DNA of 64,000 bases from Psammoneis japonica (GCA_008632985.1 QPGO01000045.1:62001-126000), one strand, 5' to 3'. Counted from the stretch's first letter, positions 10,299 through 22,649 are shown. The notes: generated by a model from the letters alone, not told the origin. A program made the numbers and translations.

Positions 10299-12470
10299 CT
10301 GGCCATTTGTTGGGCAATGATGCCGAGACCATTTGGCCTGAGTTGTTGTGACAGCAGAAGTTGCAGGACGACAAACGACAACACACGTCGGAAGCACAGC
10401 AGTTCAAATCATCACCTGTCGGTGTCGCAACAGTTGATCACGTCATGAGTCTCCGAAATGACATTGAGATTGGCGCTGAGGAACGCCAAACGGTGTTTTG
10501 GTCAGGTTTTGACAGAAAAAAAAACGTTTTCCGGTTTTGTGTTCTCTGGGACTGCGCAGAAACCACGCAGCCGCCAGCACGCGAATCATCATGGCTCCAC
10601 GCTTTCCACTTTCGCATTCCATCTCACAAAACGGACAACTCATCTTTTGTTGTCAGCATCAAGCATCAACCATGTCGATCTCCCTCATGATCTTTGTTGT
10701 TCTCTTTGCTGGTGTGCAGTTTTCCCGCCATTTTTTGGAGTTTTCGACGAAAAACCAAAACAACTGACAAAAACAGAAAACCGAAAATTCGACGAAGAAG
10801 CAAACACAGCCTCAAGTTTCAAGTTCGTGGAGCAAGGAGCAACATGCCGACAGCACGACCGCACATCACATGACAGCCAGATGAGAGCAAAATGTCTTGC
10901 ATCAACAATGCCAAGCTAGCTTGTGTTGAGCACTCGGTTGTTGCACTCCTCCTCATTTGGCTCTGGGCAGCTTGGGGTTCTCTCACACCACATGCAGCAG
11001 CCGTGCGCTGGCTCCATTTGCGTGAAAAGCCAAAGTCTTGCTGCAAAAATGTGGGTGACGACAATTGGCAAGTGTGGGTGAGCAGCAACACTCATTTGAC
11101 AAATGACAACAGAGTCCTCTTCTTGGTGCTGCAGCAGCTCGGCACACCCACATTGTGAGCTCAGCTTTGTTGTTTGCCCTTTCCAGAGCTGAAGAAAAAC
11201 ACCATCAGCCAGGAACAGTCTGTCCTTGCTTGTGCAGCATGATGGACAGACCCAGCCTTGTGCCCTGTGTATGTGCTAGGCGCTGAAAAGAAGATGTGTT
11301 ACGACTTTGTCGTTGTGAAAATTATGAGCTAGTTTAGAGTAGAGAAAATGGGATCGTGCGAATAGGGAATCTTGCCAAATCCCTATTCGTTCGCATTTGG
11401 ATCGTATCAAATCGATCGTGCGTTCGCATTATGGATCGTGCGAATCAAGCCATCACGCGCTATGCACGAGTGATGTCATCGTGTGGAATCACGCTACCAT
11501 CGTGGGCCAGACGACGGGCTAGTGTGCTTCACACGGATGCTCTCTTAGCATCCTTCTGGAATTGCCCAAGACCTAGAGCCACGCCTTCCTGTGGTCGTGC
11601 TTCCCAGGTGCGCGTTAACAATGCTACGTTGCCACGTACAAGAGGCTCATGCACGGTCTCGCCGTGTTGTCCAGCAGCGAGGCATGCTGCACTTGCTTTT
11701 GCAAAAAGAGTGCTTGCTTTGATGCTGATTTTGGTGCCCTTCACCAGCCCTGGTGTTCTCTGTTGGGGCCAGGCTTGCACAAATTGTGCTGGACTCATTT
11801 GACTGGCACACACTGCCAGCTGCAAAGCTGCAAGCTCAAACATGTGTTGTGAGCACCTTTGCGACCTTTGTTCTTGTGCTTGTTGTTTGTCTTTGTTTGC
11901 CAAGTGAAAAGCCTGTCATTTTTTGCCTTTGTCAAAACAGCGGTCATCTGCAGCATTCCAACAGCTGCAGCTCAACCTTGTCATTGATTGGCACTCATGT
12001 TCAATGTGCTGTCATTGTCATTTCAACTCACAGAAATCACAAAATCTTCTGCCAATGGCCAGGCGATGACTCTTTGGATGATGGTGCAAGATGTCAGCAG
12101 CAAAGAGACTGCCAGTTTTGTGCTGCACATGTTTTTCCTTCTCTCAGAGATTGCACTCTGTGTTTTGCTGGCTGTTGCACATTGACAAATGGCAACTTGC
12201 ATGCACTGCTCCTGAATGCTGAATTCTTTGTGCTGTCAAGATGGGTTTGCACAATGAAAAATGTGGGCCACCCAAAACATGTTGCTTTTTGCTTTGAAGC
12301 CCACATGCACAGACAGCCCTTGCATTGTTCAAGAAGCTCTTCAGCATCTCTCTGCTCTCACTCACCTGATTCATTGTGTTTCAAGTGTGTCTTTGTGGAA
12401 GAGCATGCTGATGCCAGCACATCATGCACCCTTTTCTTGCAGGGACTCAATGAACTTTCCATTCTTTAAT
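10299..12470. mobile_element. TpA-depleted repeat-derived block, interrupted by an unmutated island at ~11270-11640
   Basis: No TA between 10299 and 10916. TA and CG are both depleted at ~11650-12470. No recognisable domain. Confidence 0.5.
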
Positions 12471-12474
12471 CCAA

Positions 12475-12900
12475 TGATGAGGTCAAGGATGGCTTTGGAG
12501 CCTCGGAATGCTTTGGAAGATGAGGCTGTTGTTCCAGATGCCAGAGCCTTTGAGGTTGCCACATCGCTGCACTTGACACAAAAAGTCTTGCCCGCCATCA
12601 AGGGCAAGTCAAAATTGGGAAACCAAGCCTTTGTCAATGCTCTTTTGATTGTCCCCAAGATGCTCAATGGAAATTCTGGACTTGATGTCCAAGGCACCCT
12701 CTTTTATTTGCAAGAAGAATGGCAATTGTCCGAAATGATGGTGGGTCTATAGACGTCAAGACGGGGAACCAGTCTTGCCAGCAAATGAAGGAGTCTGAGA
12801 CAATGCCCTTAAATCTGTCCACCACATTGGCCAGTCAACTGTTGCTGGTGGACGAAGTCATGCGCACTGGAAAACAAATGGGACAGCAACCCCAATTGAC
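12475..12900 (+). pseudogene. CCT6: Degenerate C-terminal fragment of chaperonin CCT-zeta (T-complex protein 1 subunit 6)
   Basis: 'NALEDEAVVPDARAFEVA', 'KGKSKLGNQAFVNALLIVPKML..NSGLDVQ' and 'ASQLLLVDEVMRTG' follow the CCT6 C-terminus. The fragment is frameshifted and has no N-terminal part. Confidence 0.8.
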
Positions 12901-13005
12901 GAGTAAACCAATAAATGCTAAAAGGAAAGAATCCAACCTGCTGCTGTGCACCTACAAAAAATAATGCAACCAAGTTGCCATCCGTTCGGTTCAATGGTCT
13001 TACGT

Positions 13006-13956
13006 TTACCCAGCCGCTGTTTCATTTTCTGTTATTCGCACCAGCCTCTCAAGAGGAAACGCTCGACCCATTCGCCTTCCAATGTCCATGATTCCATCTG
13101 CTGTAATGTGATTAGCACAGGGACCAGCTTCAGGGGGTTGAACGCCAAACTTTGGATCCAACTCATCCACACAAAGACAGCCGGCGACGGCTCCAGATCC
13201 TGCATCTTTCAATGCTTGATTTACAGTCTTTACTTTCTTTCCTTTCCATACTACAGGACTTACAACAATCGGCAACGAAGAATCGTCGGCAGTATAGCCG
13301 AATTCATGAAGATCGTGGCGCACATGCGTAGAATAGCGCTGAAAATTAGCAAGGTAGGCATTGGCATCTTTCGCCTTAGATGAGTCACTTTCACCTTGAA
13401 GCCAAAACATTCCCACCAAAGGTCGTAAGACAGTTCTATGCTCTTCGGGCGAGCTGGTTGGTTCGGATTGTCCATCATTCTGAAGTGTGTTCAAGGATTC
13501 CTTGCAAAATCGTATAAAGTCGCCATAGTATCCCCTCTTCTTTGGTGAAGTTTTGTCCGGCTCATTTTCTCCATTGGTATTATCGCCATCGTTTTGGATT
13601 TTAGTAGTTTCTGGATTCCAGTCGGTATGGAGATTGATGCTTCCCATTGCAAACTTGAGCATGTAAAATCTTCGGATTCCAATGTCTCCGAGCCGCAATC
13701 CAAGAGTTTCAGCCAATCCGAATTCAGGTCCAAAACAATCCATTTCAAGTCCTGGAGAATACTGACACTGCAGCTTAGTCCAGCCTTCACTAATTGATCC
13801 TGTTCCAAAATTCAGGTCGTTGTTCCAACAGAATTGGACGTCTACCTTTTGAGATAGTGAAGTTAGTGATTCTGGAGGTAGATCATTGCCGTTGCATCTG
13901 CCTGCCATGTTTGATTGCCCAGCCAAGAGGAAAACAGGTTCAATCACAACCATCAT
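13006..13956 (-). CDS. SASA (sialate O-acetylesterase / CE6-like) SGNH hydrolase
   Basis: 'FLLAGQSNMAG', 'FGPE', 'FWLQGESD' and a C-terminal His ('ANHITADG'). Confidence 0.85.
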   Translation of the reverse strand: MMVVIEPVFLLAGQSNMAGRCNGNDLPPESLTSLSQKVDVQFCWNNDLNFGTGSISEGWTKLQCQYSPGLEMDCFGPEFGLAETLGLRLGDIGIRRFYMLKFAMGSINLHTDWNPETTKIQNDGDNTNGENEPDKTSPKKRGYYGDFIRFCKESLNTLQNDGQSEPTSSPEEHRTVLRPLVGMFWLQGESDSSKAKDANAYLANFQRYSTHVRHDLHEFGYTADDSSLPIVVSPVVWKGKKVKTVNQALKDAGSGAVAGCLCVDELDPKFGVQPPEAGPCANHITADGIMDIGRRMGRAFPLERLVRITENETAAG

Positions 13957-14466
13957 GAAGAGCCAAAGGTTATGAAAGGTACGTATGCAGAAATATGACA
14001 CAAGATGAGAGGGAGGTGATGACATTGAAACCGTGAGACGTGAGACGCCGAGACGCCGCGTGAGACGTGCAAAGGCATTTTGATCGAACCAGTCGATTTT
14101 CAGCAATCTCAAGAAGGTCGAGAGCGGAGAGCACAATAGAATCACCCACCGTTTCCAATGAAGTAATCAACATAAGTGTCATCTTAGTCATCACTAAGAG
14201 ATAAGATCACCATTTTCTCTTCTGGCAAGCGGCAAGTAGACTGGTGTGACAGCAGATTTTCCTCTCTATGAGATCAAAACCATACTACCGGTATGTGGTT
14301 TGGTTTGGTGTGCTATCTGCAGAAAGATACCATTATTAAATACCGGCTTTCGCCGTAGATTTTGTGCACGTAGGTTTTCTACCAGTATCTACAGACGAGC
14401 GCCATGGTCGTTCCCCGTGGTGCATCCATCAACCATCAAGCGACCAAAAACAGCAGCCGCGAGACC

Positions 14467-17400
14467 ATGGCGAATTTCAGCCGTCGCCATGAAAGGCGCA
14501 GAAGACGACGACAATGGATAACAGTGACATTTGTGTCGAGTCTTGTGGTTGCTGGTGCTTTTTCACCGAGCATCTCCTCTCCGGCACTGACGAGTCCGTT
14601 GTTTCGGCATGTTTGCAAAACACCCCAACGAGAAACGTCCTGCTTTCGCATCTGGACGAGACTGAGACGAAGCAAGAGATCAAGTACGGCACGACACATG
14701 GTATTGAGAACACCCGAGAGTATCATTGAAGAGGCATCGACACAAAGTGAGTTGTAAACAGCAAAATCTGGATATGTTTTTTGATTCGCATACTGTTGTC
14801 TAAAACTCCATACTCCGCGTACTCTCTCGCTCTTGATTTTAGATTTACTGGACGATTTAATTGACGAGTCGGTACGAACGTCATCACGACGCCCCATCAT
14901 GATGCAGTTTGATCCGTCGAGTGGTTGGATATGGAGACGATGGTCCGGCACGGTGTTTAGTGAAACGTGGACGTCGTGCGTTCGCAACATGGTGTGGGCC
15001 ACTGTAGTTGCCTTTGTCTGCCATGCCGTTCCGGGAATACGAAAAGACGCATTTTCTAAATTTGATACACTGTGGGGACAATTGTTGTCTGTGACAACCT
15101 TTACACTGACATTCTTTTTGAATCAATCCTATGCGCTGTGGAGAAACTGTTATGGATACAGCCGTCGGTTGCAGGGACGGCTCAACGATTTGGGCATGAC
15201 GCTGGCGACACACGCCGCACGACAAACACCCGCCAACCCCAATGAGCCATCCACATACACACCGGCCAGTCGACAAATGCTGGAACTCATTAGTCGGTAC
15301 ATTCGTGTTTTCAATCTATTGACGTACGCATCCTTCACGCGGTCCCATCGTCCAATTTTGACTCCACGAGGCATGAGGCGATTGGTCGAGAGAGGCATTT
15401 TGACTCCACAAGAACGACAAGTCCTGGTGGATGCCCAAGTGCCGGCGACACAACGGCATAATGCTGTCTTGATTTGGATTACGCGCTTGTTTGTTGAGGG
15501 ACGTCGTGAGGGACACTTTTTGGGGGAAGCCGGATTTGAAGAACAATTCCTTGAAAAGTTTCACGTCATTCGTGCCCAGTACGGAGCCATTGGCGATGAG
15601 TTACAGGGGCGCATGCCACTGGCATACGCTCACATTGTACAGGTGTTGGTGGACGTCGTCTTGTGGTTGTACCCTTTCATGGCTTTTAGCATTGGCATGA
15701 CGCCACTGTTGGGAGCGCTGGGGACGGGATTTCTGACAATGTCTTATCAGGGTTTGTTTGATTTGGCCAAGCAATTCTTGGACCCCTATGACAATGAGAG
15801 TTTTGGCAAGGGCGAAGACCCGCTGTCGGTTGATACCCTGATTGCCGAAACTAATGCTGGTTCTGTTCGATGGATGAACGGGTTTGAGCAGCAGCCCTTT
15901 TCGTCCCAGCGCATCCGGGACGGAGAACTCTTTGACTACCAATTGCCGGTACGCGGATACTCTGTGGAAGAGCTTGTGCAGATGGAGGCGGAAAAGCTGA
16001 AAAGGGAACAAGAAGCACAAGAGAAACGGGAGCGGGAAGAAGCCGAGCGAATGGAGCGAGAAGCCGCTGAATTGGAACAGGAAGCTGCCGAACTAGAGGA
16101 AGCTCAACAGATAGACGAAGAGGCAGAGGAAGAAAGACAAGAAGAAGTTGAAGACACTAGTTCTGATAAAGAAGCGCAAGAGGAGGAGCCTGTCATTGAT
16201 GATGTTGGTGAATCCGTCAATGGAGAAGAGACGGAACACATCGTGGAGGAAACGAGGACGAGCGCCGATGAGTCGAAAGAGGTAGTGAGCGTAAATGGCG
16301 AGAATGAAAAAGAGGAAGAGGACGGCCTGGTCGAAAGTGATACTCGTGTTCACACCGTTACATCAATCGAGGGAGGCCTACCTGTTACTCTTGATAGAGC
16401 GGAACCTGACGTTGCTGAAGCTGAGATGGAGCCTACCGAAGATGAAAGTGACAAAGATTCGGATCCAGAGCTCGAACCGGAGAGTGTTCAAAATTCTACT
16501 AGAGATGTCGCTGTTCCCTCAGCATCAGAAAAGAGCAAAGGAATCGAACGGGGCGTCAATGGCTCTCGTGAAGTGAAGTCGGAGACAACAATCGAGGGTG
16601 CGAACATCGAGCAAGACGACGACAACGACGAAAATAGTTTCCTCGACGATGCGTACGATGAGTCAATGCTGTTAGACCCGGATGATTTGGAATGGTTTGA
16701 TGAAGTTGGGCCTGATGGTCAAGAGTATCGACTAAGTCAAATGATGGCCGACGAGGTTTGGGAGGAAGAGAAAATGTATGCCGAAGAAATGAAAAAGCAA
16801 AAGGCCCCAATGACTTTTGAAGAGTACACGCAAAAAGCAGCGGAAATAATGGAGCGAGTGGAAAACGAATTGATCGAAACAGAGGAAATCCTAAAGGAAT
16901 CTCCCGGGGCTCAGGCAGCCTTGGAAGCAAAGGAAAGGTCTTCCGAGGAGGGTGGATCATCTGCTGATGGGCGGGTGCTCGAATCACCGTCTCAACCAAA
17001 ACGAGCCGACGGTAAATCAGAAGACAAGAAAGAACCACTTTACTATGATCAGACGAAGCTTGATCCAATATCGCAGCTTTGGGGCTTACGGCCTGATGAT
17101 CCGGGAGCGCTGGGGATTAAGCCGCAGAAACAGGGTAAGATGCTGAATGAAGATGTGTCATTTGAGGGCATTTCGCAGCTATGGGGGGATCCAGTTGAGC
17201 CTTTATCCAAACCTTCGTCTTCAGAAGCACCAGAAATGCTTAAAACGGGAAATTTTGAAAGCATTTCTCAGCTATGGGGCCAAGATGACCGCACCGTGGA
17301 TGAGGAAGACGTTTTGCCGATCTGGAAAAGAAGTGATGACGGAGGGGAAGGAGGCATTCTGAATGCATTACCACCAGATATGAACTCCCCCGCTTACGAT

Positions 17401-17694
17401 ACTTTGGACTGGTTTGACGAAGTTGGTCCTGATGGCCAAGAATACAGGCTAAGTCAGATGCTAGCTGATGAGGTCTGGGAAGAGGAATTGGAGCCGCAAA
17501 TGATGGATGCGCCGGTAACTCTGGAAGAATACTCCAAACAAATTGCTGAGCTACAGGAAGCGGCAGAGGATGAGTTGAAAGAGACTGAGGCAATTCTCAA
17601 CATGCCACCCGGATCCGAAAATTTCGAGCTAGACAAAGAGGAAGCAGCTTCTCCATCATCGCCGCCGGACAGTGAACTACCACCAGCACAGTAA
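14467..17694 (+). CDS. Bestrophin-family channel, likely plastid-targeted, with very long acidic repeat-containing C-terminus; 2 exons (intron 14747-14842)
   Basis: Signal-like 'TFVSSLVVAGAFSPS'. Bestrophin-like core 'TTFTLTFFLNQSYALW', 'RMPLAYAHIVQVLVD', 'FLDPYDNE'. A GTGAGT...TTTAG intron restores the frame. Confidence 0.85.
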
Positions 17695-17929
17695 TAAGAA
17701 CAAAAAGTTCGAAGTGCGGACGACGGTCGATCATGCTGACGTCACGGATTTTCTTGTCGTCGCTATCGACATACACCATGACTGTCAAAGCGTTTGTTTC
17801 AAAGCGTTCGACACGTCGTCCCTCACTGTGTACTTGATATTGCAGAAATAGATGCGGCCATCTCTCCATACAATTATCCATATTGTGGTACCTTGGATTT
17901 GACTGTTGACGTGTTGGTCTCATTCGACA

Positions 17930-19354
17930 ATGAGTTTTCCGTCTGCCAGCGATCGAAGCGAAGTCGTAAACGACGAGAATGTTGATACGGAGTGGGGAAG
18001 AGCCATACGACAGGATGGTGCATCGTTAAACCCCGAAACCCATGTTTCTTGTCCTTCTCGGATTGAAGAGGATGTTGACGTTGCAATAGTCGGTGGAGGA
18101 TTGTGCGGTCTCGCTGCCGCCATTGGATTGAATCGACACGGAATCAATGCTAAAGTTTACGAGAAAGCACCGCAGCTTCGAAGCTCGAGTCAAGGCATTC
18201 TGTCAATTCAACCCAATGGTATGGAAGCTTTAGAAGAACTTCATCCAGATATTCCCGAGATGGTGAAGTCAGTTGGATGTGAGCGATGGCAACTTGTGCA
18301 AACCACGATAAGTTCGAACGGAACGTCAGAGGAAAAAACTACCAACACAGGAAAAGAAGCTCTCGAAAAATTTGGCAGACTTAAGGTTGCGCTGACATGG
18401 CATAACATGCAAAAAGTTCTTGCGTCACTTCTTCCGCCCAATGTCGTCGTGACGAATCGATCCTTAGTTTCCTTTGTGGAAGAAGATGACTCGGTGTTGT
18501 TGTATTTTCATGGTGAGAAAGACGCTCCAGTAGTTCGAGCGAAGGTAGTACTAGGATGCGATGGTGTTTTCTCTGTGGTGAGACGAACAATTTTCCCAGA
18601 GGATCGCCCTATTTACTTTGGACAGTTGAATTGGGCTTCGATCATAGATACGGACCAGCTGCCGCCGGGCATTCATCCTCCAAATGCCGTTCACTACTTC
18701 TCTTACAATGGCGAACCCCGCTGGATGTCCATGTTTAGTGATGGTGGCTCAGGTAAGACCTTTTGGCAGTTTCGAGTGGCTGACCCCGTAAAGGCGATGT
18801 CGTTATCAGCGAGCAAGGGACGCGGGGGACTAGGCCTCAGGGGTGTCAAGAAATCGATACTTCCGGTCGCCGCACCAAGCCAGGAGGTTCGGGCCGCGAT
18901 GGAACGTATCCCGGAAGAGCAAATATTTGAGCGATCTATTGTAGGTCGCATGCCTCTCCCGAATTGGCGAAGTAATGGTGGTAGAGTTGCCCTGGTAGGG
19001 GATTCGGCCCACGGCATGCACCCCAATATCGCTCAGGGAGCCAACAATGCGTTTGTGAGCGCTGCAGCCGTCGTCCGAGCCACGGTGTCTCACAAGAAAC
19101 AAAAGAGTGACTGGAAGTCAGCATTGCATGAATATGAACGAGAAAGAAAGCCTCGTGCGGATATCGTCCAAACGTTTGCAAACGCGATGGGCGTCACTCA
19201 GAGCACCGGGAAAGATTTTGTCGCACCCGAAGTTATCCGAGACGCTCTGGATTGGATCGTTGGAGGTGAATCTGTCGATAAAGCTCCTTCTGAGCTAGTT
19301 GAGCTACCAAGAACGTTTCACCCGCTGAAAGAACCTGGAGTCTCGCTATTGTAA
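17930..19354 (+). CDS. FAD-dependent monooxygenase (class A flavoprotein; zeaxanthin epoxidase/UbiH-like family)
   Basis: GxGxxG 'VAIVGGGLCGL', DG motif 'LGCDGVFSVVR', GD motif 'LVGDSAHGMHPNIAQGAN'. Confidence 0.9.
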   Translation: MSFPSASDRSEVVNDENVDTEWGRAIRQDGASLNPETHVSCPSRIEEDVDVAIVGGGLCGLAAAIGLNRHGINAKVYEKAPQLRSSSQGILSIQPNGMEALEELHPDIPEMVKSVGCERWQLVQTTISSNGTSEEKTTNTGKEALEKFGRLKVALTWHNMQKVLASLLPPNVVVTNRSLVSFVEEDDSVLLYFHGEKDAPVVRAKVVLGCDGVFSVVRRTIFPEDRPIYFGQLNWASIIDTDQLPPGIHPPNAVHYFSYNGEPRWMSMFSDGGSGKTFWQFRVADPVKAMSLSASKGRGGLGLRGVKKSILPVAAPSQEVRAAMERIPEEQIFERSIVGRMPLPNWRSNGGRVALVGDSAHGMHPNIAQGANNAFVSAAAVVRATVSHKKQKSDWKSALHEYERERKPRADIVQTFANAMGVTQSTGKDFVAPEVIRDALDWIVGGESVDKAPSELVELPRTFHPLKEPGVSLL

Positions 19355-19719
19355 GGGTATTCAAGAAGTACACTATCACTAAGCCTAGGTAGAGTTCAAC
19401 GTGTTTGCGGCTTTTCGCTATCACGAGCCCACCAATCACCAGTAGCTTCTTGGCACTCTAGCTCGGTTCTTCTTCGTTGACCGACGCAACTACAGCATGT
19501 CTCTCCAATAAAGCTTTGTAAGAGAGCGGATAACTGCTGTATTTAGCTTTCAATTTTGCGACTTCGTTGACAATGGGCTCCATACGGTGGCAACTGTCAA
19601 TTCCTTGATGATCATTGTACCGTTCGAGATCCCAGCGCGTCCGTGTGAAGAAACCCTCTGGATCAGGCATCAGTCAATTTTCTAGGTTCGATTCTATTCT
19701 AGCCGTGGTCGTTGTCATT

Positions 19720-21410
19720 CTTGCAACACAATTGCGTCAGATGAACTCGTTGTGGAAATGGCCACATTGCACCTGCCAAGGTGGGAAGACATTTGTTGGG
19801 TGCAAAGGGCTCTCGCACTAACTTCACTCCTTCCAACAGACCAACCTTCACCGATGCACAAAGACCTGTTTCTGTCATTGTACCTTGTGCAAATTCTCCC
19901 TTGAATGATTCCACCTCCAAAGATCGACAAATGACAAACCTGTCAATTGATTGCCCCACCTCAGCATCAAAGAAACATCACTCTGAACATGAGAGGTCTG
20001 TCTGTGAGAAGCAGACTTTTTGTCTGGCATCGGGTCACCATCACACTTTCTGACAGGAAAGGAAAAACAAAATCTTTTTTCAAAAGTGCTGCTGCACTTC
20101 CACCCAGCAACTCCGGCAACAATCTGGCCCACACCCCAAGCCCACACACAGTGTGCCACCCCTGCCAAACTCTCAAGAACCACAAGGAAACAAAACATCA
20201 ACCACACTGTTGCTCTGGTGGGCCACATTTCAGAGGCTGTGGTCACACACAACCACATTCCAGGAGAGCAAGACATCATCATGCACAGCGCTGGACAAAG
20301 GAAAAGATCAAAACTGACGCTGATTTGCAGAGGAGATGCAGAGTTTGCTTGAAAGCTTGAAACTTGCCAAATTTGACCAAAAAACCAGGTGTCCAGTGAA
20401 CTGGTCAAGATTTTGCTTGCTTGAGGTGGCCGGCACTTGCCATCCTTGGGAGACATCATCTCTCAACAAGAAAAGACAAAGCCCTGATGTCACCAGAGTC
20501 ACTGTTTGCCACATGAAACTTGGCTTTGTTGGCCTTGCAGAGCACCAACTGTGCTTCTGAGCTTGATTTTGTTTGGCTTGCATTTGACATTTCCTCCATT
20601 GACACCATGACAAAAATGTCTTGGTTTTCTTCCTCCTGGCTTGCAGAGTTGGCTTGACAGTGCTGCACACCCAAATCGACACAGCAGCATGGACGCTGCT
20701 TGAAAGCCAGTTTTGGCAACTTGACTGTGCAATCATGCACCAACAGCCTGGCTCAGAGTTGCGTGAAGCTTGACCCTGCAAGCTGTGTCTTCTTGAGAGC
20801 ACGCTGACACACACAAATGGCATCAAGAGCAAGCCAAGCCACCGCTTTTCTTGCGTTGTCTGGCAAGGACCCCCCAACAACATGATGGGCTCTTGTCCAG
20901 AAAACCCTGAAAAATGAAATCTCTCAAGTGCTGCAGTTGTTCAATGGTGGATCCTAAGTGGCATGTGCCTGCACCACATCATCATTGGCGACAATGCCAG
21001 TTGCCCAAGAGGACATGCCTCCTTTTTCTCACAGCAGCCGTGCCCAGCGCACTTTGCAAAGCACATCGATGCTGTTGCAAGATGAGTTCCATTCAGAGAA
21101 AGCATTGCCAGTCCATCCTGAAAAATTGCTTCACTGTGTTTTGTGCCAAAGCACAGGCTCTGTGGTGAAGTGAAAAGAAGGTTTTCTGCAGCTCAGCCGC
21201 CACGCACGAGAGACACCCGCGCCTGCTGTCTCGCAGCCCCTCCCCACAGCTCTCTTGCAGCAATTGGGCAACACAAATCATTCCACTCTCTTGTTGCTCC
21301 AGCATGCCCAAGGCTTCTGAGTTGCATCATCTATTGGTTCTTGAGACGAGACATCATCATGGCCATCATCTTGTGCAATTGCGTTTCGTTGACCTTTGAC
21401 AGATCTGCCA
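19720..21410. other. Hypermutated block, possibly an eroded minus-strand gene or TE
   Basis: Depleted in both CG and TA. An unmutated minus-strand ORF end lies directly adjacent at 19458-19670. Confidence 0.45.
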
Positions 21411-21591
21411 TTGGTTTATGAGGGACGAATTTTCGCGCGAAACGGTTGGTCTTCGCGCGGGTTATTTGCGCGCACACCAATCCCCAACGCACGCATCCAA
21501 CACCACGCATGCACAATGCTCAATGAATGCACAGCGCTGTTCGAGGTTCGAAGAGTGAGTCGTTCGGTGTCTCTGTTGGAGAAGGTCCACC

Positions 21592-22649
21592 ATGACGGGT
21601 CAAAAACGCTTTTCGCTTGTTCTTGCAGTCCATGCACTGATCATAGTTGAGTTGGTAGGGGCAAGACCGGGAGAAAGCACAATCCCGAGGTCGTCCAATC
21701 ATCGGTTGGCCTCCGTCGACGATTCCTCGCACACTCATCCTCCGTGGAACCCATCGGAACAAATCGACGATGATGGCTTCTTGAAAGAGAGCTACTGGCG
21801 CTTGCCGGGTGAATGGGAGAAGGAGGCAGACATTGGAGGAAAGCACGGGCCCAAGTCGCGTCGTTTCAAGCAATTTCCTGAAATCCCAGTCACTGTTCGA
21901 CAAGTTCCCGGTGACGGCAACTGTCTCTTTCATTCCATAGCGACATGCCTCGCCTTTGTTATTAACGGAACACACGTTTCCATGAAAGACACGGAACGCT
22001 TACGGGAAACTTCGGCTTGTCTTCGCCAAAAGGCGGTGGAGTGTCTAGAACGATCTCCGCGTCGTCTCCTCTTTTTGCAGGGCAACGAGTATCTTCGAGC
22101 TAGAGACTTGGTAGATGCTGCTGCGGCGCAATACGACTTGACGGGAGAACGGTATTGTGAACTCATGAAAAAGGAATCCTATTGGGGTGGAGGTCCAGAA
22201 ATTGTAGCTCTTTGCAATGTCTTGAAAAGACCGATTCACGTGTATGAGCTTGCGACACACCCCAAAACAATGTCAAGGCGCAGCAGTTTCGTTTGAGACG
22301 AATGGCGTGCTTTGGATCTCCAAAGTATGATCGACGAGAGCCACTTTGCATTTTATCAGCCGATTCTAGGTTTCCGGATGTTCCTCCTGGGAAGCAGCTG
22401 GCCAGCGGCAATCATTTCTTGGCCATGTTTCCGGCCTCTGTTGGAAAGAGTCGTGTTATTCGCGGTGGGGGGAGTTTGCGGCGGAAGCAGACACAAAACG
22501 AACAACAAGAAGAGGAACAAAGGGAACGTGTTAAGGATAAAGCACGCCGGATCAAGGATTCTGCGACGAAAACTTTATTTTCTTCGCAGAACGTTCTAAG
22601 CTCCGCATTTCAAAAATTCTCGAGCAAATGGTTGCCCAAAGGAATATGA
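21592..22649 (+). CDS. OTU-like cysteine protease with signal-like N-terminus; apparent 1-nt frameshift near 22260
   Basis: 'VPGDGNCLFHSI', 'WGGGPEIVAL', and the catalytic 'GNHF' in the following frame. Confidence 0.85.

Noticed and set aside
22250..22300. Programmed ribosomal frameshift in the OTU gene, and similar shifts in the USP gene (~46270, 48010, 48150) and at the MOCS2 start
   Set aside because: Several unrelated conserved genes show single-base shifts at short homopolymer or low-complexity runs. Assembly indel errors are the simpler explanation; reads would settle it.
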